In this document: piece by piece, positions 22,301 to 31,735 of the stretch | How positions within the stretch are numbered: position 1 is the first letter of the stretch | Layout of the letters: each line of letters starts with the position of its first letter | NCBI GenBank assembly: GCA_051453625.1 | Contig: JBOZIK010000001.1 | Span: forward strand, 45,280,422-45,313,743 | Length of the DNA: 33,322 nucleotides | Reading direction: 5' to 3' | DNA from: Welwitschia mirabilis | Taxonomy: Eukaryota | Made by a program: the position numbers and the translations under genes | Notes under the pieces: generated by a model | The model's database searches: none | What the model saw: the letters and a program-made list of their open reading frames with translations, nothing else | Told to the model about the DNA's origin: nothing

Positions 22301-22490
22301 AAATTCTATAAGAGAACCAAAAGTATATGAAACATTGGATTTAGGCTAGGTTAACTATCTCCCAAGTTGGGGTATAAGGCTATGAGTATGATTTAAGTTA
22401 ACCTTTTTGTTAGCCCACTTCTTTTTACTATTACCCAAAATGATAATCTTAAAATTTTTCCATGAAAAATGCAACATGTTTTAGGGATTT
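19345..22490. repeat. Old ~1.1 kb direct duplication (19345-20450 vs 21390-22490)
   Basis: Colinear similarity throughout, e.g. gactttatgaa, cacattgaatta, taggttcccctt, caaataatgact, aatcataccatcctaattt, atgattctacatt and ttagcccact. Offset is ~2.04 kb, with several indels. Confidence 0.9.
20688..20787. other. Assembly gap (100 N)
   Basis: N-run. Confidence 1.
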
Positions 22491-23271
22491 TAGTTAAGTT
22501 TCATTTTCTCATAGTAACACATTTTTAAAAAATAACAAAACAAAAATGGTTTTTTTAATAACTTTTTATTTTCTAATAAGTTTCATTTGCTAACAATAGT
22601 GAGCTTGAAAATATTAGTATGTGACAACAATGATAATGCATTTTTTTCATTTTCTAATAGTAGCAAACTTTAAAATTACAAAAAACACAAATGAGTTTTT
22701 ATTTTTTGTTTTTAAATTGTTTATTTTCTAATGAATTTCATTTGTTAACAATAGTCAGATTGAAAATATCAGTGCATAACAATAATAATAATGCATTTTT
22801 TCATTTTATAAATTTTGAGAATTCTATGCTATCCCCAAGAAAAAGAATTGCATAATCCAAAATGTAAGAAATTAAAGGTTCTTACCACAAGGAATTACAA
22901 TTGCTTGAACAATGATGGGAACTCATAAAGAAAAGATAAAGTATCATAAAAATGTGGAGTGCAATGTAGAATTGAAAGTTATCTAACTTTATTCCTATAA
23001 TTATAGAAGTCTACATATAATAATTAATTCACCTTATGCTAGTTGATCTCAAATCTGAATTTCCCATGTCTAATAAATTTTAAAATTATTTTATTACCAA
23101 GTTAAAATGGTAGTTAAAGAAATTAATATGCTACTTACTATGAACGAAATCGAGAAAGTCAAAGGATTCATTGAGTTTATTGTTAAGTGAAAAAGAGTTA
23201 GAAAGGGGATTGAGAAACACGACAGGGTTATTAATTTTAATGTTAAGTGGGATAAGAGATAATATGATGAC

Positions 23272-23481
23272 CATATTTAGTGGTCATCAAATCCCAACAT
23301 TGAGGAGTTTAAAAAGGTTGGGTGAAGGGGTGGGGGGAAAGGATTAAGGTCATCGAAAACTCTCGAGTTCTCAATAGGGGTCCCTAAAACAGATGTTAAG
23401 TTAGCATTCTAGTTCAAAGAGGGTCTTCAAGAACTCATGAGTTCTTAAAGGGGACTTTAAATCCATTGCCACTCAAATATT
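23272..23481. repeat. Degenerate foldback (MITE-like) containing a perfect 18 bp palindrome
   Basis: atatttagtggtca (23273) pairs with tgccactcaaatat (23467-23480). Inner arms pair around atgttaa-g-ttagcat (~23400). aagaactcatgagttctt at 23429-23446 is self-complementary. Confidence 0.45.
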
Positions 23482-25023
23482 TAACTAAGGAGAATGAGAG
23501 AATATGGTTGGCTAGAAGTAACATAAAGTGAAAACTGGAGGGGGGTCATCAAGTTTGGCACCTTCACTTTACAAACTTTAGTTATGTTAGGAGTTGATTA
23601 ATTAAAGGATTAATTCATAATTTAAGTTCTAGATTAAGGAACTACTTAATACAACAATTAATGTAACTTTAGTATTATTTTTTTTAAATGAACTGATTTA
23701 GAAGATCTAATTACTATAGAATTTTAGAAAGATCATTGATAAAAAATCATCATAGGTACTAAATTATTTCATCATACTTTATTTTCTCATTTGATTATGG
23801 ATTAGCATTTCTTTAACTTATTAATTCATTTTTGCATATAGGCTGAGATTGGAGGAGCTAAGTTTAAGGGAAAAAAGGATCCTCAACTGCTTTATTATTA
23901 ATTTAAAGTCCCTGCTTTAGATCAAACCAGAATTAGTCAAGTATTTATTTAATAAATTACTTCAATGTAATTAAGGAAGCCTTTTGCAAGGATAATCCCC
24001 TTTTTATGATCATGTTATAAGTAGTTTAACACTTGTATAAGTTTAGATAACACTTGTCAAATAGAAGGATAATTATAAAATGTCCTTCTTACTTAATTTA
24101 CTTAACACATTTCTTATCACTCATTTATTATTCTTTTTGCTTAGTGATCCATTGCATTCTTCATGGCTTCCCACTCTATTAACTTTATCCCTTTAACTTC
24201 TTCTCCAAAAGATCTATTTGATATTAGAATGGTTATATGATATTTGTTTAACTTTGACCTTACTCAAATTGATATGTACATTCAGAACATTGAGCTTGTT
24301 TCCCCAGACATAGCTATTAGAATAGAAACCGTAGTTGAGCCCTCTTTTATTCTTATAGGATTGTAGCTAAAGTACTTGATACCTTAGATTTATTTATCAT
24401 TGAAAAAGATAGAGATAAATTTTATAATCATCTCATTCCTTAATGTTTTGATCTAATGATCCATCATCTTGCCTATGAGTATCTAAGGTTAAGGAAATAA
24501 TAGATTCATTAATAGATGAATGATAAGGAATTAGCCTATGATGTTGCATTGATAAGGTTAGCTAGGTAAATATAAGAGATAAAAATAAGGATTGATTAAT
24601 TGCACTAATCTAGAGCTTAGTTTAGTGGCGCTTAGTTTTAATAAGGAAAACATTGAAAAAATAGTATGGAATATAAGAGGATTTACTGATTTTGGAGTGC
24701 ACATCCTAGTGGAATACAAATGCTATCCTCTACCCTAAATGAAATGAATCTACTACCTTCCTATTTAAGTATACCTCTAGCTAGAATATCCAAATAAGAT
24801 TTTTGACCATTTTAAGAAGTGAAATTTTTTGAAGTTATTCACTACTATTTATTTTTCTATTCCTAGGCTTCTATGTTTCAATAAGTGCTTAGAACAAATT
24901 GATGTAATAATTATATATTTTAATAAAAAGAGTTTTTATGGCTTCTCTTATAAATTTTTTCCTACTATTTTATTAGTTCATGTCAATATCCTTCAAATAT
25001 AAGTCTCTACATTGGACTCTCAG

Positions 25024-25114
25024 TTAATGGAGAATCATGAAAAGTGATTTTAAGACTAAAAGGCCTTTTTTAATGGAGAATCATGAAAAGTAATTTTAAG
25101 ACTAAAAGGCCTTT
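25024..25114. repeat. Tandem duplication, 46 bp x2
   Basis: ttaatggagaatcatgaaaagt(g/a)attttaagactaaaaggccttt repeated with one mismatch. Confidence 0.95.
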
Positions 25115-26279
25115 CATTTTGCTTAAACAGAGTTTAATGGTTATGTGTGAATTATGGTGTGAGATCCTTGTTCTATATTCCACTGTAAGATTAAAAAAAT
25201 AAATGAATAAGATTTTTATGTTGTAATATAATAATTATTTTTTGGTAACTAGCTATGACTCAGAGGATATTTGGGATCCAATTGTTCCTTAACATAAATT
25301 TTAATTTTCACAACTCACAGTGAGAAGAGTGTAATCACTATTAGAGGAGTAAGGGTCCATAATCAAATTGATGCCTAAATGGAGCTCTTGTAACTATCTA
25401 ATGTAGGACATTATGGTGTTAGCCCATTTTTACCCTTTTTTTAAAATAAATATATACACAAACAACTCATCTTATGATGGAATATTTATCAAGTTCTTAT
25501 GAAATGAATAATGCATAATATTTTGTTTAAGACTTATCATGATAGTCTGTTATTTCCAAAAGGATTCATAATTATCTCTCATAATCTGAAAGATTGAATA
25601 TGTATAAGAAATCTTTATGAGAAGCATTATCTATTTTAGTTATGCTTATGAATGAAGTGGGAGTATTCTGTCCACTCTAAAAAAGTTTTCTAAATAATCT
25701 AGTAGAGATTTAGGATCATTATAAATTATCAATCTTTGTTCATTCATGTGATAAGTTATCTTTTCATTAGAGTTATATATGTCAAAAGCTCTATTTCCTA
25801 GTACTTTAGTTACTATAAATAGCCCAAGTCAATTTAATATGTATTTCTATTTTGAGTGAAGCTTTTTGGATCATAAACTAGTACCGAATCACCTTCCTTA
25901 ATTTCTATTTTTCATAAGTTACTATCATGATTTAGCATGAGTTTTATTTTTAAAGGGCTTCTTTTCTATACTCATCTAAAATATTTATATTTTCAATATA
26001 TTTTTCTTGAGATTTATCTAAATCATATTTTATTTCCTTAGCTAATTTAAAAGTTTAATTCTAAACTCTATTGATAACATTGCCCTTTTCCCATAAACTA
26101 ATTTATATGATGTGAAATCCTATACTATGTTTGCAAGTTATTCTATAAGCCCCTAAGGCTTCTGTAAATTTTTTTGCCTAGTCTACTTCCTTAATATTGA
26201 TAGTTTTGATTAATATTCTATTTAATTTTCTATAGGTTACTTCTACTTTTACAATTTTTTTGAGGGGTTTGGCCCCAAT

Positions 26280-27380
26280 ATGGAGAAGGCTCAACTTTTC
26301 AAGTAAGAAAAATCCCTTATTTTAGACATCGATGAAGATGCCTATAATGAGACTAAGAAGAAACTCAGATACAGTCTAATTGGAAAGTTCGTCTCTTCTG
26401 GTTCTTAACTAAGGTTGGATTGGATCTATGAATGGGTTGCTACTAAATGGACAGAAGTTAGCAAAGTTGTTGTTATTGTAATTCCAGAAGGATCGGTATT
26501 ATTTCAACTAGATAATGAACAAGATCGGGATAAAATAATTGTGAGAGGATCTTGGTTTTTTAGGGTTCGTGGCCTTGCACTAGCCAAATGGACACTGGGG
26601 AAGCAATCAGACCCAAATCTATTTAAGAGAGTTTTGATCTAGAACCGCATCCACAAGTTCCTGTTGGAGTTTTGGGATGAAGATCTAGTAAGAAAAATGG
26701 CAGCTCAGTTTGGTAAGTTCATCAAACTCGACAGGATCCATATTAAACAGACAAGATTAGTGTTAGCTAGATTTTGTGTTTGGATGAGCCTAGAGGATAC
26801 CAAGTAGTTCCAATCTGTAAAGTTTAGATCTAAATGGGATATTTGTAAACTTGATGTTACTTACGAGAATCTTATGATCCCTGGCATAGTCTGTGGAAAA
26901 TTAGGACATCTCTCTGGAAAATGTAATCCTCCTAAAAAAATATGTTCACATTGTGGAAGATTAGATCATTTAAGAGAAGAAGGTAGAAAAAGATGATTGA
27001 GATTTAAAAAATCTAAAGGAAACCTGTACTTTTTGTGAGAAAACTGATCACAATCGTAAATATGCTAACATAAGCAAAGGAAGGAATAACCCGGGAAAAA
27101 GTACTACTATTTTTCCCAAGGAAACCAAGGACAAGAAGAAAAAGGAAGCACTAGAACTGGAGCATAACCACTTTAAACCTCTTGTGGAAGAGAATACACC
27201 CAAAAACCTCTAAATGATGATGAACCTAACAAAATGGAAACTCAAACAAAGGGAAGGCCCAACAATAGAACTCTCTGAGAATGAGAAATGACAGAGAATG
27301 TTACAAATAGTGCCCAAGCCATTATTAAAGATACCTTAAGGAAAGGTCAAGTGCCCAGAAAGGGGCATAAACACCCCTAA
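26280..27380 (+). pseudogene. LINE ORF1 (DUF4283-type RRM-like domain plus CCHC zinc knuckles), interrupted by stops and frameshifts
   Basis: From ATG 26280: ...YSLIGKF...WVATKW...FQLDNEQDRDKIIVRGSWFFRVRGLALAKW...VLI*NRIHKFLLEFWDEDLVRKMAAQFGKFIKLD...ARFCV...VTYENL..gIVCGKLGHLSGKC..CSHCGRLDH. Confidence 0.88.
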
Positions 27381-27382
27381 CG

Positions 27383-30300
27383 AATTATCTCATATGGAAT
27401 TACAAGGGATTAGGATCCTCCTACAAGAAAAAGACCCTACAAAACATGATTAGTCAATATAATATTGATTTAGTTTGCTTACAGGAAAAGAAGATAAAAA
27501 ATGATATGAGAAAAATAAATTTAGGGTAATAATGGACTTCTTTCATTATTGCAGCCCAAGGTAATTCTAGTGACCTTATGATTTCTACCACAAGAGAGGT
27601 AGATTTGATTCACAGTAGTAAGAACCACGTCACAATTCTCCTTAAAAAGGAAGGCTAGATTGTCATAAACCTTTATAGTCCCCAACATAATCAAGATAAG
27701 GCCTTTATCTTGAAAGAAGCTTAGAGGACAGTAGTAGAAAAATCCAAATGGCTCATCCCTGGTGACTTCAATCAATATCATCATTGCTGGGAAAAATCAG
27801 GGGGCGATAACCATAATTCCAAATGTACCTTAATACTAAAAGAATTTTAATAAGACACTCCCTCACATACATTCCTATTGCTAGGTGTAAGTATACATGA
27901 TCGAGTAAAAGAACAAGTAAAGATCTGATAATGTCCAATATTGACAGAGTTCTGGCTGGGAAGGATTTAGCTAAACTTCCATTTGAAGCCTGTGGTCTAA
28001 ACAGGATTTCTTCAAATCACCATCCTATCAAACTCAAATTGGGGGCAATTTTGCCCTAGAAAGCTTCATTTCGTATAAAACAGTATTGGATTAACCAGAC
28101 AGAAACTAAAGTGCTATTAGAAAAAATATGGGCATAATATGATGGGACTTAACCCATAACATTCTGTATAGGGGCCTTAATACCCTAATAGCTTACATAA
28201 GAGATTAGAAAAGGAAAGATAAAGAGAGGTTTGAATAAAAAACTGAGCTTGAAGAGGAAATCATAAGAATCCAAACTGAGCAAGAGGAGAGAGGTAATCA
28301 GGACAATCTATAGATCAGAGAATATCAATGCCTAATGGATATCCAAGAAATAAATGCTGATGAAGAACATTATTGAAGAGAATGCTCAATGATCAAATGG
28401 CTAAAAAAGGGTGACAAACATGCTAGATTCTTCTTTTAGTAGGTTAACCAGTACAGATCAGATAACAGGATCAAAAAACTATCCATATGAGATCAAATCA
28501 TAGAAAATAAAGAGGATATAGCTAACGAATTACATGCACATCTTAAGAGAATCTAGGAATGAAAAGATATTGCCTCTAGCTTAATTCCAAAAAATAAGAA
28601 AATCTTGAGTGTAGATAATGACATGTTGACTAAACCTCCGAATAGAGAAGAGATCTTCTTTGCTGTCAGATCCATGAAGAATAACCAAGTCCCTTGCCAT
28701 GATGGCTGGCCAGTCAAACTTTTCAAATCCCACTTCTCTGTTTTAGGGGATAACCTTCATGATGTGATGCAGAAAGTCTTCCACAACAGAGGATTCCTAG
28801 GGAAATGAATAGAATTAGGGTGGTACTTTTCATAAAAAATAGGGATGTTAGTAAACCAGAGGATTTTAAGCCTTTAGATGTTTGTAATGTTATTTACAGA
28901 ATTTTTGTGAAAATCATGATTGGTTGTATCGCCTCCTCACTTTCCAATGTGATTTCAGAGAACCAAGCCGGCTTCATCCGATCTAGGTATATCCAAAACC
29001 AAATCTTCTTGACTCATGAGACCATTCACTCTATTAAAAAATACAAATTTTCTCTCTTTATTACTAAATTGGATATCACTAAAGCTTCCGATTCGGCTAG
29101 TTGGCAAGTGTTAGGGTGTATTCTTAGGAAAACATGATTTTTTCAAGATATTATTAATCTTTAGCTAAACATGCAGACTTCTTCCGAATTCAGTGTATAG
29201 GTTAACAACCATAGATCAAATTTCTTCTCAGTAGACAGAGGGTTGAGACAAGGGGACCTCCTATCCCCATACCTTTTTCTTTTTGTGATGAATGTGTAAA
29301 GGTTTTTCTAAGAAGGAACAAAGTTATAAGAATCAGAACTGGAGGCCAAACCTTTCTCAATAATCACTATGTAGATGATACCATCATTATAACCAGGGCA
29401 TCATATCAGTAAGCAAAAGCAATAAAAAATGCTATGAACATCTTTGCAGTGGTAATAGGGCTACACACTAACTTAAACAAATCAAGAATCCATACTTTAG
29501 GCAGAAACAGTATCAGAGGTGGTGAAATCACCCAGATCCTAAGTGCAAAGTTAGGAGACTTATAGGATATCTACCTAGGTATTCCTCTTCAAAATTGGTA
29601 CAAGATCAATACCTGGAAATAGATCTTGAAATCCATCCAAAGGCGGTGTAACTCATGGCAAAATAACTTGATCTCATCTAAAGCTAAAATCATTCTCACA
29701 AACTCTTGCTTAATTTCCTCTTTCCAGTATATAGCTTTAGTTATTACCCCCTTGAGAAATATCATCTAAAAAATCAATAGAATTTTAAAGGATTTTATTT
29801 GGTCAAGAGGAAAGGATCGCCATTGAACTCATCTCTGTAAATGGGAGACTATTATTTACCCAAGAGAATCATGGGGTTGGGGGATTTAGAAACCAAAAGA
29901 TTGCATCCTCACTGAAGCACATAGAATTTTAAAGAGACTACAAGAAGGATGTCAACCCTGGTGTGATTTGATCAATTATAAGTACAAAGATTGAACTATT
30001 GATCATGGGGAGTCCTACCTAAGAAAACACCTCAGCAAAGCTCGACAACAACTCATTGACTTAAACATCATTCAATCTGATTCAATCAAGCAGATCCTCC
30101 TAAATAAGTATGGAAAATAAGATACACATAATAAGTATTGGATGGGACAAATTCCCAAAAAAACTAAGGTCTTTTATTGGTTAAAAGATCACTAGAGAAT
30201 TTTAACTAAAGACCAATTGCTCAAAAGGGGATTCCAAATGGACACTAACTGTTTCATCTGCCAGTCCAATCCAAAAACAACACAACATTTATTTCATCAC

Positions 30301-30470
30301 TGCTTTTAGAGTAAAGAATTAATTTCCATTATGACGAAGTACTATCAAACCTATAATGCCTCTGACATGCATTTATTGGATGTGATCCACTTGAAGTTTT
30401 GGTAGGTTTGACGAATCAGAAATGATCTAATTTTTAATAACGCCATCTATCCTTTCCTACAAATACAGTA
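27383..30470 (+). pseudogene. LINE ORF2 (APE endonuclease, reverse transcriptase, zf-RVT), many stops and frameshifts
   Basis: IWNYKGLG (27392); DLVCLQE; WLIPGDFN (~27749); SNIDRVL; SSNHHPI; WLKKGDK; FKPLDVCNVIYRI; ENQAGFI; KLDITKASD; RGLRQGDLLSPYLF (~29238); YVDD (29368); YLGIPL (~29572); CFICQSNPKTTQHLFHHC (~30250); RIRNDLIFN (~30412). Confidence 0.95.
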
Positions 30471-30479
30471 AGGAGGATC

Positions 30480-31735
30480 ATGCATCTTTACTTCCAAATT
30501 AGAGTCATGATGGGAGCCACACCAACAATTGAGCCTTTTGATCTAGACCTCTTCGAAGGATGCCCTATTCTATGGGAGAAGTTGTAGGTGGTAGGATGGG
30601 GACCCCTCCTTCATAAGCTTAGAGGAGACTAGGGGATGATATCGCCTCCTTTTATAGAAGTTGGAGAGAAGGAGGCACCACATTCCAAAGAATTCCAATA
30701 GAAATCACTGAAGACTCCCTCTCCAGACTATTGGAGATCCCTGTAGAAGGAGAATGGATTCCATTTAGAAGTAGAGCGTAATGCAAAGCACTCCACTTCT
30801 TCCCTGTGGGGTTCCTAAATTACTAAGCAGGCACATCAGCAGAAAGGCACTACTGCCCCCTGGGACTAGGTGTAAAGCTTATGGACCATTACTTTATCCA
30901 ATCAGGGAATTGCTCTAAACTTTCAAGTATCCATTTTGCTTTTTGCAAAGATCTTGACTTAGGGTGTTAGGTGAACCTGCCATTCTTTTATATCTAAGTT
31001 CTTAAATGGAAGGATTCCTCAAGGAACTTGGGCTTAGTCTTGGCCTTTTGGAAAGAAGCACAAGAATGTAGGGTAAGAGAAGTCGCTCCCCCTCCCTCTT
31101 GTCATCCTCCTTACCAGACTCCTCTTAGGAGAACCTCCAAAAGAAGAACCTCGCCTGAAAGGAACCCTATTCAAGAGGAAACTGCTGTGCATGAAAACCT
31201 TAGCAAAAGAGAGGTGACTTCGCCCCCAAGTCATTCAAAAGAGACGTCTTCACCCCCAGCCCAACAAAAGATAGCTGAGGAGACTAACTCTGGCACGGCC
31301 TGGGAACTGCCTTAGGATCAACCATCACCAAACTCTCAGAAGTGAGGTAGGCATGCCCAGATCTCCTTTACTCCAGCCTCGGGCCCTAGCTTTCCACAGA
31401 ACTCCACTTCAGATTTTTCATTAGTTGAAATCCGACCTCAACCACAGGAGGACATTGACATGAATGTTTTTAGATGGGAGGTTTTGCTAGTAACCATTCA
31501 GGGGCTGAAGAGATATTTCTTCATCACATTGGGATTCTCTCATAGAGCCATCCCTCAGACCATTAAATCAAGCTATAGGAAGAAAGCCCTACGAATACAT
31601 CTAGACAAAAGTCCAGCAGGTGCCGAAGAAATTAAGGAGATAAATTAAGCGTTTGAAGTCCTCTTTGATGATTTAGACAGATTCCTTCTCGACCATAATC
31701 ATGGTAACATGTTCCCATTTTGTAGAGGGCTTTAA
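30480..31735 (+). pseudogene. Extra LINE-borne ORF3: plant-transposon accessory-like N-terminal domain, P/S/E-rich linker and C-terminal DnaJ (J) domain; decayed
   Basis: ATG at 30480/30507. After a frameshift near 30632, one frame runs to TAA 31735 with scattered stops; track ORFs 31028-31315 and 31460-31648 share this frame. The C-terminus reads YFFITLGFSHRAIPQTIKSSYRKKALRIHLDKSPAGAEEIKEIN*AFEVLFDDLDR. Confidence 0.75.
31514..31690 (+). pseudogene. DnaJ/Hsp40 J-domain coding segment (HPD mutated to HLD, one premature stop)
   Basis: Colinear with the J-domain consensus Y.vLGv...A....IKkaYRklAl..HPDK.....eefkeIn.AYevL.D...R across all four helices. Confidence 0.85.

Larger units (their letters stand above)
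16850..22490 (-). mobile_element. 3' part of a decayed Athila-like Ty3/gypsy LTR retrotransposon (accessory/env-like region, PPT, start of 3' LTR); outer limits approximate
   Basis: Minus strand at 17520-17479 reads AAGGGACTAATATAAGCTTGAGTTTGGGGACAA|TGATGAGCC, matching the recalled Athila PPT/3' LTR junction with the LTR starting TGATGAG at 17487. Upstream, on the same strand, are decayed ORFs with IIKLGWY...VFEFY...ILNLPNG (plant transposon accessory-domain pattern) and a coiled-coil ORF at 19027-19293. Confidence 0.6.

Noticed and set aside
26100-26280. Target-site duplication for the 26-32 kb LINE
   Set aside because: Only a 7-nt match (ttacttc) to the post-poly(A) flank, which is not significant in AT-rich DNA.
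31460-31648. Stand-alone small host DnaJ gene
   Set aside because: It is in frame with upstream ORF3 segments, homology continues past the stop, HPD is mutated, and it lies inside a LINE before the poly(A).
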